Counted from the first letter of the stretch, positions 14,044 through 26,387 are shown. The stretch: 64,000 bases of DNA from an uncultured delta proteobacterium (GCA_963778655.1 CAVZVA010000010.1:352001-416000); one strand, 5' to 3'. Notes: generated by a model not told the origin, from the letters alone. Made by a program: numbers and translations.

Positions 14044-15837
14044 CTACGGCGCGACCCAGATCGCGCAGGCGTCGGGCGCCAGCAAGACGCCCTCTGCGCG
14101 GGCAGCGGGCGGTTCCGGGTAGGCGAGCACGCAACGGCCGGGCGGCGCGGGCAGGGTGCAGGGCTCAGCGCCGAGGTTGGCTTGCAGGGTGACTGCGCCG
14201 CGGCGCACGACCAGCCAGCCCTGGCGCTCGTCGTAGCTGGCTTCGACGCGCTCGCGGCGGCCGTCGAGCAGGTCGGACGTGGTGGCACGCAGGCGCGCGA
14301 GCGCGCGGTAGAACGCGAGCATGGAGGCGTGCGGCTCGCGGCTGCGCTCGTCCCAATCGAGCACCGAGGCGCGGAAGGTGGCCTCGGCCTGCGGGTCGGG
14401 GATCTGCTCGGGCGCCCAACCGAACGCTTCGAACTCGCGCCGCCGCCCGCGCCGCACCGCCTCGGCAAGCCGCGGATTGCGGTGGTCGGTAAAGTAGTAG
14501 AAGGGCGTGCTGGCGGCCCACTCCTCGCCTTGAAACAGCATCGGCACGCCGGGCGCCATGAACACCAGCGCCGCGCCGATGCGCACGCGGCCGGGTGTGG
14601 TGAGCGCGCCGATGCGCTCGCCACGCGCGCGGTTGCCGACCTGGTCGTGGGTCTGCAGGTAGCCGATCAGGTGCTCTCCGGAAAGCGCGCCGAGCGCGCG
14701 ACCATGGTGGCGGCCGCGGAACGTCGAGTAGCGATCGGCGTACACGAAGCCCTCGCGCAGCGCGGTCGCGACGTCAGCGAGCGCACCGAAGTCGCCGTAG
14801 TAGCCGCTGCGCTCGGAGGTGAGCACGGCGTGCAGCGCGTGGTGCAGGTCGTCGCTCCACTGCGCGTCGAGCCCGAAGCCATGGGCCTCGCGCGGCCATA
14901 GCAGGCGCGGATCGTTGAGATCGCTCTCGGCGATCACGACCAGCCTGCGGCCGAGCTGCGCGCCGAGCGCGTGCACCTCCTCAGCGAGCTGTTCGAGGAA
15001 GGGGTGGGCCGACTCGTCGTGCAGCGCGTGCACAGCGTCCAGGCGCAGCCCATCGAAATGGTAGTCGCGCAGCCACATGCAGGCGTTGTCGCAGAAGAAG
15101 CGCCGCACCTGGTCGCTCCCGGCGCCGTCGAGGTTGACCGCGGCGCCCCAGGGCGTGCCGTAACGATCGGTGAAGTACGGACCGAATTCCGCCAGGTAGT
15201 TCCCGTCGGGGCCGAGGTGGTTGTAGACGACGTCGAGCAGCACCGCGAGCCCCAGCGCGTGCGCGCGCGCGACCAGCGTCTTGAGCGCGTCCGGCTCGCC
15301 ATAGGGTGCGTGCGGAGCCCACAGGCACACGCCGTCGTAGCCCCAGCCGTGGCGCCCGGGAAACGCCGCCACCGGCATCAGCTCCACGTGCGTCACGCCC
15401 AGCTCGACCAGCTGCTCGAGCTTGCGCGCAGCGCCGGCGAACGTGCCCTCGGGACTGAAGGTCCCGATGTGCAGCTCGCAGACCAGCCCGGTGCGCAAGG
15501 GGGGCGCCTGAAAGCCCTGATCGGTCCAGGCGAAGTCGGCGGCCAGCTGCTGCGACGGGCCATGGACACCGCCCGGTTGGCACGGCGAGCGCGGGTCGGG
15601 GCGCTCGCGCCCATCGATCACCACGACATACGGCACGCCGGGCGGCGGCGCGGGCAGGCTGAAGCAGCCGCGCTCCAGCGGCTGCGCCGGCAGCGTGCGC
15701 CCGCTGAAGCGAATCGCCAACTCGCGCGCGCGCGGCGCCCAGAGCTCCAGCGAGGCTGCGTTTCCTTCACTCGAGACGTGCTGGTTGGAATGCGACAAGA
15801 CTGGGCCTCGCTGGCCTGCTGTTACCGGGAGGGGCAC
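14044..15837 (-). CDS. treZ: Malto-oligosyltrehalose trehalohydrolase (GH13)
   Basis: ELHIGTF, WGYDGV, DVVYNHLGPDGNY, DGLRLDAVH, IAESD, THDQVGNR, LFQGEEW. Start is GTG 15837 or TTG 15798. Confidence 0.93.
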   Translation of the reverse strand: MPLPVTAGQRGPVLSHSNQHVSSEGNAASLELWAPRARELAIRFSGRTLPAQPLERGCFSLPAPPPGVPYVVVIDGRERPDPRSPCQPGGVHGPSQQLAADFAWTDQGFQAPPLRTGLVCELHIGTFSPEGTFAGAARKLEQLVELGVTHVELMPVAAFPGRHGWGYDGVCLWAPHAPYGEPDALKTLVARAHALGLAVLLDVVYNHLGPDGNYLAEFGPYFTDRYGTPWGAAVNLDGAGSDQVRRFFCDNACMWLRDYHFDGLRLDAVHALHDESAHPFLEQLAEEVHALGAQLGRRLVVIAESDLNDPRLLWPREAHGFGLDAQWSDDLHHALHAVLTSERSGYYGDFGALADVATALREGFVYADRYSTFRGRHHGRALGALSGEHLIGYLQTHDQVGNRARGERIGALTTPGRVRIGAALVFMAPGVPMLFQGEEWAASTPFYYFTDHRNPRLAEAVRRGRRREFEAFGWAPEQIPDPQAEATFRASVLDWDERSREPHASMLAFYRALARLRATTSDLLDGRRERVEASYDERQGWLVVRRGAVTLQANLGAEPCTLPAPPGRCVLAYPEPPAARAEGVLLAPDACAIWVAP

Positions 15838-15919
15838 GCGCCCCTCCCGCCCTGCCGGCTAAGCCGTCAGGGTTGCACTCTCCCTCGGGATCGCTTTGCT
15901 CCGGTTTCTGGGGCCACGC

Positions 15920-18552
15920 TCACGCCGGCCTCCGCAACAGCGCCACCGGAAAGCGCGCCCACAGCGCCGTGACAGGCACGCCGCCGGCTTCGGCCCGCAC
16001 GCGCTCGCCGCACAGCGCGTCCTGCCAATCGCCGGGCGGCAGCTCCACGCGCGTGCGCTCGGTGAGGCGGCTCGCGCGCAGCGGCCAGCGCGGCACCACC
16101 GTGACCAGCGCGTCGCCGCGCGCGAACGCCAGCACCGCGTCGCCGTCCGGGCCGCCCACCGCGAGCGGCCGGTATGCACCGGCGAACAGCTCGGGCGCGC
16201 GCGCGCGCAGTCCGAGCACGCGCGCGATCAGCCACAGCTTGGGCGTGCCGGCCTCGAGCTCGCGTAGCGCGTCCTCGGGCGCAAGCCCCGGCACGCGCTG
16301 CAGCAGCGCGCGCCGCTGCCCGAAGTCGACCGGCCCGCGGTTATCCGGGTCCACCAGCCGCAGGTCCCACAGCTCGGCACCCTGATACAGATCGGGCACG
16401 CCCGGCGCGCTCAACTTGACCAGCGTCTTGCCCAGCGACGCGATGAACCCGGGCCGCGCGAGCTGCCGCGCGACGCGCTCGACGTCCTGCATTAGCTCGA
16501 TGTCGCGCATCACCGCGAGCACGAACGCCTCGAGCGCCGCCTCGTAGTCCGCGTCGGGCGCGGTCCACGAAGTGTGCAGCTTGGCCTCGCGTGCCGCCTT
16601 GCGCATGTAGCCAAGCGCGCGCTCCTCGCTCAGCGGAAACGCGCCCACCAGCGTCTGATAGAAGAAGTACTGCATGGCCCCATCGAGCTGCGGGCCACCG
16701 CGCAGCGCGACGCGCGCGGCCCAGCGTCCCACCGCATCGCGCCATAGCTCCGCATCCTCGCTCAGCACCAGCAGCCGCGCCCGCACGTCCTCTCCGCGCT
16801 TGGCGTCGTGGGTGCCGCTGGCCAGCATCGAGTCGCTGCCCGAGCGCGCCTGCAGCTCGCGGTGCAGGTCCTGCAGCGACAACCCGAAGCGATCCGGGCT
16901 ACCGCCCACCTCGTTGAGCGCGATCAAGCGCAGGTGGCGATAGAACAGCGTGTCCTCGACCGCCTTGGCCATCACCGCGCCGGTGAGCTGCTGCACGCGC
17001 AGCGCCAGCTCGACCGCGGCCTCGTCCGTGCCGGGCGCCAGCAGCAGCGCATCGTGCAGCTCCACGAAGATGCGCGGATGAGCCTCGGGCTGGTGGCGCG
17101 CGGCGACGGCCAGCGCGCCTTGCACCAGGGCGCGGTCGGCCGCTGTGGGTGCGTCGCCAGGACGCAGGTACGAGCGGTACGCGCCGTAGCCGGCCAGCAG
17201 CTCGGTGATCGCGGCGCGCACCTCGTGGCGCGTGCAGTCGCGCAGGGCGATGCGCGCGCGCAGCACGCGGTGCGCGAGCTCGACCACGCGCTCCAGCTCG
17301 CTGCCCAGCACCTGCTCGAGCACCTGTAGCTTGGCCGCGCGCTCCATCTGCCCGTAGTCCTGCGGGTCGCCCGCGAAGCGTGCCGCCAGCGCGTCGAGCA
17401 CCGCCTGTCCTGCGGGATCGACCTGGGCCTGATCGAGCAAGCGCATGAAGTCGTAGCCGGTGCTGCCGTCGACCGGCCAGGGCGCAGGCAGCGCCTCGTC
17501 CGGCTGCAGGATCTTCTCGACCACGATGTACGCGTCTGGCGCGGCCGCGCGCAGCCGCTCGAGGTAGCGCCGCGGATCGTACAGCCCGTCGACGTGATCC
17601 ACGCGCACGCCATCGATCGCGCCCTCACGCAGCCAGCGCAGCACCAGCGCGTGGGTGCGCGCGAACACCTGCTCGTCCTCGACCCGCAGGCCGGCCAGCG
17701 AGTGGATGTCGAAAAAGCGGCGGTAGCCGAGCTCGGTCGCCGCCGACTTCCAGTACGCGAGCCGCCAGCTCTGGTGCTCGAGCCAGGCATCGAGCGCGTG
17801 CAGCTCGGCGCCGAGCCTCCCGACCTCGCGGTCGACCGCGCGCGCGAGCTCCGGTTGCTGCTCGAGCAGCTGCTGCAACTGCGCGAACAGCACGCGCTTG
17901 TCGCGTAGCCGCCTTTCGCTGGCGGCGCGGTCGGTGGTCCAGGGGTGGGGCAGCGAGGCGAGCGTGTCGCCGAAGAAGCCGAGCGCATCGGAGCCCGTGG
18001 CCTTCGCGGCCGAAAGCAGCAGCGGGCCGAGCGAGCGCGGCGCGGCCGGCAGCCGGTGCTCGTGGTAGACGACCACGAAGCGCGCGCCCTCGCGCGAGAG
18101 CCGCACGCTGCCGCTCTCGAGCGCCTCGATGTAGCGCTCGCCCAGGATCGGCAGCAACACGCGGTTGTCGGCCGCGGCGTCCCAGTCCACGTCGAAGAAC
18201 ACCGCGTAGGGGCTGGAGGGGCCATTCTCGAGCACATCCCACCACAGCGCGTTTTCGGGCGTGCCGATCGCCATGTGATTGGGCACGATGTCGAGCAGGA
18301 TCTGCAGCCCGTGCGCCTGCTTCGCGGCGCCCAGCGCCGCGAAACCGCTCGCGCCGCCCAGCGCCTCGCTCACCCTGTCGTGGTCGACCACATCGTAGCC
18401 ATGCTCGCTGCCGGGCGCGGCCTGCAGGCAAGGCGAGGCGTACAGGTGGCTCGCCCCCAGCTGCTGCAGGTAGTCGGCGAGCGCAGCCGCCGCGCGAAAG
18501 TCGAGCGCGGGGCCGAGCTGCAGCCTGTAGGTGGCTCTGGGCGCCCGCACGC

Positions 18553-18556
<4 letters not shown>
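15920..18556 (-). CDS. treY: Malto-oligosyltrehalose synthase
   Basis: PRATYRLQL, HGYDVVD, DIVPNHM, YRRFFDI, GVRVDHVDGL, VEKIL, THDAKRGEDVRAR. GTG 18556 overlaps the glgX stop as GTGA. Confidence 0.95.
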
Positions 18557-20673
<2,117 letters not shown>

Positions 20674-20680
20674 GGCCGCG

Positions 20681-20689
20681 AGCTTACCA
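20681..20689 (-). promoter_or_regulatory. Extended -10 promoter for glgX, probably leaderless
   Basis: Minus strand TGG-TAAGCT-cgcggcc-ATG; no Shine-Dalgarno. Confidence 0.55.
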
Positions 20690-20782
20690 CCCCCGGCGTC
20701 CCAAGCGGCCGCAACAGAGCGCCGGCGCACAGCCTCGGGCGGGCCCGCGCGCCGATGTGTGGTACACCAGGCCCAGCGCGCC

Positions 20783-21331
20783 ATGTTCAACCTGGGGTTC
20801 GGCGAGATCCTCCTCATTTGCGTCGTGCTCATCATCGTGGTGGGCCCCGAGCGGCTGCCCTCGTTGATGAAGAACGTGGGCAAGGCGGTCCGCACGGTGC
20901 GACAAGCCAGTCGCGAGCTCCAGGCCACGGTCGGGCTCGACGAGCTGATGCGCGAGGACGTGTTGGAACCGCCGCCGCCACGCAGGCCGCCGCCGCCCGC
21001 GACCGTCAGCCGCGATCCGGTTTCGGCACAGCCGCCGCAGCCTCCCGCAGCGGGCGCGCCCGAAGCCGCCGCGGCGCCCGAGGCCGGCGCGGGGGCCGCG
21101 ACCACGCCCGAAGTCGCCGCGCTGCCGCCGGCCACATCCGCAGCCCCGCTAGCTGCCGCTGCGAATGCCGCTGAAATTGCGAGCGCACCCTCGCCCGCCG
21201 CTGCAGCCGCAGCCCCACCGGCGGCTGCCGCCAGCCCGCCCGAGCCGGCGGGCGCTGCCGCAGCGCCGAGCGCCGGCACCCCCCCACCGCCGGCCGCAGT
21301 CGAGCCTGGAGGCAGCAAGGGAGAGGGCTGA
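20783..21331 (+). CDS. tatB: Twin-arginine translocase subunit TatB with Ala/Pro-rich tail
   Basis: MFNLGFGEILLICVVLIIVVGPERLP followed by an amphipathic helix; directly upstream of tatC. Confidence 0.9.
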   Translation: MFNLGFGEILLICVVLIIVVGPERLPSLMKNVGKAVRTVRQASRELQATVGLDELMREDVLEPPPPRRPPPPATVSRDPVSAQPPQPPAAGAPEAAAAPEAGAGAATTPEVAALPPATSAAPLAAAANAAEIASAPSPAAAAAAPPAAAASPPEPAGAAAAPSAGTPPPPAAVEPGGSKGEG

Positions 21332-22158
21332 TGTCCGGGCAGGACGAGCGGCGCGCCGAGCCGGAGCTTCCGCGCGACGTGCCGATGACGGTCTGGGAGC
21401 ACCTGACCGAGCTGCGCACGCGCCTGATCCGCGCCCTGCTCGGCACGATTCCCGGCATCGCGGCCGCGTGGATACTGCGGGAGCGGCTGCTCGACTTCAT
21501 GGTGGCACCGCTGGCCAAGGCCTGGGTGCGGCTGGGCCTGGGCGAGCCCACCTTGCACTTCTCGAACCCGGTCGACCCGTTCGTCGCCTACCTGCGAATC
21601 GCGATCGTGGTCGGGCTGATCTTCACCAGCCCCTGGATCGCGTATCAGGTCTGGGCCTTCATCTCGCCTGGGCTGTACTCGCGCGAGAAGGCCTATGCGA
21701 TTCCGTTCGCGCTCGCCTCGGCCGTGTTCTTCGCGGGCGGCGCGTTCTTCGGCTACGCGGTGGTGTTCCCGGTCGGCTTCGAGAGCCTGCTCGGCATGTC
21801 GGGCATGCTGCCGTCGCGTCTGGTCAAGGTCGCGCCCACGATCATGATCGACGAATACCTGAGCTTCGCGACCCAGATGCTGCTCGGATTCGGCGTGGTG
21901 TTCGAGGTGCCGGTGGTGGTCGCGTTCCTGGCGCTGGCGGGCATCGTCAACTGGAAGCAGCTGCTGAAGTTCGGCCGCTGGTGGGTGCTGCTGGCCTCGA
22001 TCCTCGCCGGCGTGCTCACGCCTTCGCCCGACGTCGGCTCGCAGATGATGATGCTGACGCCGCTGGTGGTGCTGTACTTCGCGGCGGTCGGCATCGCCTA
22101 CCTGATCGGGCCCAAGGTCGAGGCCAAAAAGCCCGAGCAGGACACGCACGAGGCATGA
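21331..22158 (+). CDS. tatC: Twin-arginine translocase subunit TatC
   Basis: MTVWEHLTELRTRL, QVWAFISPGLYSREK, FEVP, LTPSPD; multiple TM helices. Confidence 0.96.
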   Translation: MSGQDERRAEPELPRDVPMTVWEHLTELRTRLIRALLGTIPGIAAAWILRERLLDFMVAPLAKAWVRLGLGEPTLHFSNPVDPFVAYLRIAIVVGLIFTSPWIAYQVWAFISPGLYSREKAYAIPFALASAVFFAGGAFFGYAVVFPVGFESLLGMSGMLPSRLVKVAPTIMIDEYLSFATQMLLGFGVVFEVPVVVAFLALAGIVNWKQLLKFGRWWVLLASILAGVLTPSPDVGSQMMMLTPLVVLYFAAVGIAYLIGPKVEAKKPEQDTHEA

Positions 22159-23543
22159 CGCGGCCGCCACGGCTGGGTGCCAGCCTGCGCGACAGCGCAC
22201 GGCTGCTGTACGCGCGCCCCGTGGCTGCGCTCGCGCTCGGCGCCGGGATCGTGCTCGGGCTGCTGTCTTTGTGCTTCGGCATCGGCGTGCTGCTGGTGCC
22301 GTGGCTGGCCTGCGAGCTGCTCGCGCTGCTGCTCGGCGAGACGCTGCAAGCGCCGCCCGCGCGCGGCCGGCGCTGGGTCGCCGCTGGCGTGGTGCTGCTC
22401 GGCGCGGTGCTGCTGACCTCGTCGGTCGCGTGGCTGAGCTGGCTCGGCCTGGACGACCCGTCCGCGCCTGCGGCGGCGCAGAGCCGCGTCCACCTGGGCG
22501 CGCTGCTCGCGCCGGCCAGCGCGGTGGTCTCGCTGGCGTTCGTGCTGCCCTTCCTGTACGCGCCGCTAATCTTGATCGAAGGTCGCGCCGGCCTGGGCGG
22601 TGCCGTGCTGGAGAGCGCACGCCTGGTCGCGCGCGGCGGCGTGCTGCGGCACTTCGCCTTTTCGCTGGTGGTCAACCTGGTGCAAGCCGCACCAATCGGG
22701 CTGGCCGCGCTGGCCGCCGTCTCGCTGTCCGAAAGCGAGTTAGTCCCGCTTTGGGCGGTGCTCGGCTCCCCGCTGCTGGCGATCACGGTGCCGCTCGGCC
22801 AGGGCATGCTGGTGAGCGCGTACGCGGAGCGCCGCGACGCGCTGGCCGACGAGCGCCGCACGCGGCTGGCCGGGCGCCCGCCGCGGGCGCTGGTGCTGCT
22901 GTGGGCCGCGCTGGTGGCGGCGCCGGTGCTGTCGTTCAGCTTGCTCGGCGCGGTCTTCGTGCGACCTTCTCGGCTTTCGCCCGGCCGCTTGCCCGAGGCC
23001 TCCGAGCCGATCGCCGCGTTTGCGCCGCTGCGCGGCGAGCCGCGCGTGCTCCTGCCCGGCACCGGGCTGGAGATCCGCGCCAGCCGGCGGGCGGTGCGGG
23101 TCGAGGCGGGCGACGGCGGCGGCGTCGGCCGGCTACCGCTGCGCAGCGCCGCGCCGATCGACGCGCTGCGCGTGGCGCGCGTGCGCGACCGCTACGGCAT
23201 CGAGCTGGTGCAGGCGGGTCGCACCTACCTGACCTGGATCGACCGCGCCGGGGTGCGCCTCGACGACGACTTGCACGCGCGCCTGCTCGACCGGGTGCCG
23301 AGCTGGGCGCTGCTGCTGATGCTGCTCTCGCTGCTGTCCACGGCTGGCAGCCTGCTGCCGGTGCTGTTCGCGCTGGCCGAGCTGCGCCGGCTGTACGCGC
23401 TCGAGCCCGGGCTGCGACCCGCGCCGCGCGAGCTCTCGCTGCAGCGCGGGCGCACGCTGCTACGCGCGCTGGCGGTGGCGCTGCTGCTGGTGCCGCTGGC
23501 CGTGTTCTCGCTGTACTGGGGCGTGCGGGCAGCGTTCGGCTGA
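22155..23543 (+). CDS. Hypothetical polytopic membrane protein coupled to tatC
   Basis: ATG 22155 overlaps the tatC stop as ATGA; many Leu-rich TM segments plus an internal soluble beta-rich domain. Confidence 0.75.
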   Translation: MTRPPRLGASLRDSARLLYARPVAALALGAGIVLGLLSLCFGIGVLLVPWLACELLALLLGETLQAPPARGRRWVAAGVVLLGAVLLTSSVAWLSWLGLDDPSAPAAAQSRVHLGALLAPASAVVSLAFVLPFLYAPLILIEGRAGLGGAVLESARLVARGGVLRHFAFSLVVNLVQAAPIGLAALAAVSLSESELVPLWAVLGSPLLAITVPLGQGMLVSAYAERRDALADERRTRLAGRPPRALVLLWAALVAAPVLSFSLLGAVFVRPSRLSPGRLPEASEPIAAFAPLRGEPRVLLPGTGLEIRASRRAVRVEAGDGGGVGRLPLRSAAPIDALRVARVRDRYGIELVQAGRTYLTWIDRAGVRLDDDLHARLLDRVPSWALLLMLLSLLSTAGSLLPVLFALAELRRLYALEPGLRPAPRELSLQRGRTLLRALAVALLLVPLAVFSLYWGVRAAFG

Positions 23544-23628
23544 GCGCACCACACGCGCCTCGACTTTGACCGCCTACGCGCGGACCGCTACCGTGTTCAG
23601 AGCGCCACCTGCGCCGCCCGCATCCGCG

Positions 23629-23910
23629 ATGGAACAGCCCGAAAATCCCGCGCAATCCTCCGAGCGCACGCCGGCATCCGCCGGCGCGGCACAGACCCGG
23701 CTGCACAACGCGCAACGGGCGTTCGAGCTCGGCGCATACGCGCAGCTCGAGCGCCTGCTGCCGGGGCTGCAAGCCCAGCCCGACAGCGAGCTCGGGCAGC
23801 AGGCGCGGCGGCTGCTGCGCGCACGCCAGGTCGATCGGGTGCAGCTCGCGGTGCTGGCCGGCTGCGCGCTGCTGCTGGCCGGCGTGATCGTCTCTTACAT
23901 GTCCCCATGA
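23629..23910 (+). CDS. Small hypothetical protein with C-terminal TM helix
   Basis: MEQPENPAQ...VQLAVLAGCALLLAGVIVSYMSP; stop overlaps the next ATG. Start uncertain (ORF from 23566). Confidence 0.65.
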   Translation: MEQPENPAQSSERTPASAGAAQTRLHNAQRAFELGAYAQLERLLPGLQAQPDSELGQQARRLLRARQVDRVQLAVLAGCALLLAGVIVSYMSP

Positions 23911-24569
23911 CCGCGTTCGCCTGCAGCCCCGATCGACCGCGCCCGGCGCCCCGGCTCCGCGGCCTGGCCGCCTTGATCCTCGGCTGCGGCTGGTTGGCCT
24001 GCGGCGGCTGCGCCTCCGGGCCGCGCGCCGCGCCCGCGCCGAGCTCACCGCTCACGCCGCAGCGGCTGTACCCACTGATCGCCGGCAGCGCGTGGTCGTA
24101 CGACGTAGACACCGGGGACGGCGCACCGGTGTTGGCGATCGCGCGCGTCACCGAGGCCAGCGCGGACCGGGCCACGGTGCAGGGCGGAGAGGGCGCCACG
24201 CACTATTCCATCCGGCCGGACGGCTTGTTTCGTGAGGAGCGCGGCGGCTACCTGCTCAAGGCACCGATCCACGAGGGCGCTCATTGGCCCTCGGGGGGCG
24301 GGATGCAAGCCCGGGTCGAGCACATGCACGTGGCGCTGGACACCCCGGCCGGCCATTTCAGCGGTTGCGTCGAGGTGGTGGAGCAAGGCTCGACCAGCGG
24401 CGCCGTGATCGCGACCACCTACTGCCCCGACGTGGGGCCGGTGCAGGTGATCTCGAGCATGCGGCTGCAGCTCGGCCAGCAAACCGTGCAGGTGGTGGGC
24501 CGCCTGCGCGGCTACCGCGTGGGCACGGAACCGGCCCCCGCCACCCCGGCCAAACCCGCGTCCCCCTGA
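23907..24569 (+). CDS. Hypothetical lipoprotein
   Basis: Signal peptide with LACGGC lipobox; mature part has YPL..GSAWSY, TPAGHF..CVEV and YCPDVGPV. Confidence 0.75.
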   Translation: MTAFACSPDRPRPAPRLRGLAALILGCGWLACGGCASGPRAAPAPSSPLTPQRLYPLIAGSAWSYDVDTGDGAPVLAIARVTEASADRATVQGGEGATHYSIRPDGLFREERGGYLLKAPIHEGAHWPSGGGMQARVEHMHVALDTPAGHFSGCVEVVEQGSTSGAVIATTYCPDVGPVQVISSMRLQLGQQTVQVVGRLRGYRVGTEPAPATPAKPASP

Positions 24570-24674
24570 CCGTATGGGTCCGTCGTGTAGGCGGGCGCCT
24601 TCCAGCGCGGGCGGCAGGTGCCGCTGTGCATCGATTCTGATCGCAAAAATACTTTCTTTGTGCACGGCCTCGGC

Positions 24675-24703
24675 TTGCGATTGGCGTGAGTTTCCCCTAA
24701 ATT
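24675..24703 (+). promoter_or_regulatory. Sigma70-type promoter upstream of the metallophosphoesterase
   Basis: TTGCGA-N17-TAAATT in a locally AT-rich stretch. Confidence 0.55.
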
Positions 24704-24836
24704 AACTTGTATCTAGAAGCCTTGCGCCGGTGCGAGTGGAGGTTGGTCGCGCGGGCTTCGGAACGGGCCGTTGAGCCAGGCCAGGGCCGCGATGCCGGCG
24801 CCCTGGCCAATGGCCGGCGGTTGGAGTTGGCCGATT

Positions 24837-26387
24837 ATGTCCGTACCGCCGCCCTCGCTTTCTGCTCCTGTTCCCAGCGCCCCCACGAACTACTTGCTGT
24901 TCTCGGACGTGCACCTGGGTGCCGACCTGGTGCAACACGCCCGCCCCTGGACGATCTCACGGCTGCGCCAGGTGCTGCGCGTGGACCGTGAGCTGTCCGC
25001 GATGCTCGACCACTACCGCGCGCAGCGCGATGCCGAACGGCCCTGGACGCTGATCATCGCCGGCGACCTAGTGGACTTCATGGGCATGTCGATCGCGCCG
25101 GCGGTCGGCACCGAGCTCGAGACGCCGCTGACCGCAGAGGAGCGCAGCCACGGCCTGGGCAGCGCGCGCGATCACGCGGTGCACAAGATGCGCGCGGTGG
25201 CCGAGCGGCACGACCTGGTGTTCCGCAAGCTCGCGCAGTTCGTTGCGGCGGGCCACTCGCTGGTGCTGATCCGCGGCAACCACGACGTCGAGTTCTACTG
25301 GGAGACGGCGCGCCACGCGTTCGTGCAGGCGCTGCTCGAGCGCGCGCCCGAGGCGTTGAGCGATGCCGATGCGCGCGCCGCGTTTCAGGCGCGGATCGAG
25401 TTCCGCCACTGGTTCTACTACGTCGAGGGCTTGCTCTACGTCGAGCACGGCCACCAGTACGACGAGACCTGCAGCTACCAGCACGTGCTGATGCCGCTCT
25501 CGCCCAACGACCCGCGGCGCATCGCCTACTCGTTTTCCGACATCCTGATGCGCTACGTGGTGCGGCCTACGCGCGGGCTGGGCATGTCCGGCCACGACGG
25601 CAAGAACATGGGGTACTACCTGCACATGGCTTTCTCGCTCGGGCTGCAGGGCGCTTTGCGCCTGGGCTATCGCTATGGCCGCGCGGTGGTTGCCATGCTG
25701 CGCAGCTGGCGCGAGCACGTCAGCGCGCGCGCCCGCGATCTGCGGCACGAGCACGAGCGTCACATGCACCAGGTCGCCGAGCGCGTGCGCATCAGCCGCG
25801 AGCGCCTGCACGCGCTGGCCGCGCTCTCGGCCGCGCCGGTTAACGGTCGATTCTTCGCCATCCTGCGCAGCGTGTTTCTCGATTTGGCCGCGGCGATGGC
25901 CGCCTCGACGCTGCTGCTGGCGGTGCTGCTGGCGACCGGCGTGGTGCCGCTGGCCTGGGTCGCCCCTGCCGCGGGGCTGCTCGGCGCCGGCATCTACCTG
26001 TGGATGAAGTCCTCGCGCGTGATCGACCAGTGCGCGGCGCTGCGCCTGGGCGCGGCCCGCGTGGCCGAGCTGATGCCGGCGCGCTTCGTGGTGATGGGCC
26101 ACACCCACGCGCCGGTGATGGAAGCCATCGGCGGAGGCGTCACCTACGTCAACCTCGGCGGCTGGGCCGTCGACGACCTCGACATCGCCGAGGGCGCGGT
26201 GGCCGAGGCGCCCTGCACGCACCTGGTGATCCACCACGTCGACGGTCAGCCGCACGCCGAGCTACGGCGCTGGAGCAGCGAAGGCGGCGCTTCGCTGGTG
26301 CAGTCGAGCGCGGCCACGCCTACCGACCTGCCGGCCGAGTCGGGGGTGCACGCGCGGCCGCAGCGCGCGCACGAACGCACGGGCTGA
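24837..26387 (+). CDS. Calcineurin-like metallophosphoesterase with two inserted TM helices
   Basis: SDVH, AGDLVD, GNHD, EHGH, MGHTH. GGAG RBS before ATG 24837; ORF open from 24771. Confidence 0.87.
   Translation: MSVPPPSLSAPVPSAPTNYLLFSDVHLGADLVQHARPWTISRLRQVLRVDRELSAMLDHYRAQRDAERPWTLIIAGDLVDFMGMSIAPAVGTELETPLTAEERSHGLGSARDHAVHKMRAVAERHDLVFRKLAQFVAAGHSLVLIRGNHDVEFYWETARHAFVQALLERAPEALSDADARAAFQARIEFRHWFYYVEGLLYVEHGHQYDETCSYQHVLMPLSPNDPRRIAYSFSDILMRYVVRPTRGLGMSGHDGKNMGYYLHMAFSLGLQGALRLGYRYGRAVVAMLRSWREHVSARARDLRHEHERHMHQVAERVRISRERLHALAALSAAPVNGRFFAILRSVFLDLAAAMAASTLLLAVLLATGVVPLAWVAPAAGLLGAGIYLWMKSSRVIDQCAALRLGAARVAELMPARFVVMGHTHAPVMEAIGGGVTYVNLGGWAVDDLDIAEGAVAEAPCTHLVIHHVDGQPHAELRRWSSEGGASLVQSSAATPTDLPAESGVHARPQRAHERTG

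Noticed and set aside
20674..22620. N-terminal extension of the 1355-aa ORF, suggesting a giant GlgX fusion
   Set aside because: It is the antisense of tatB/tatC and low in complexity. GlgX similarity starts at ATG 20673, which has its own promoter.
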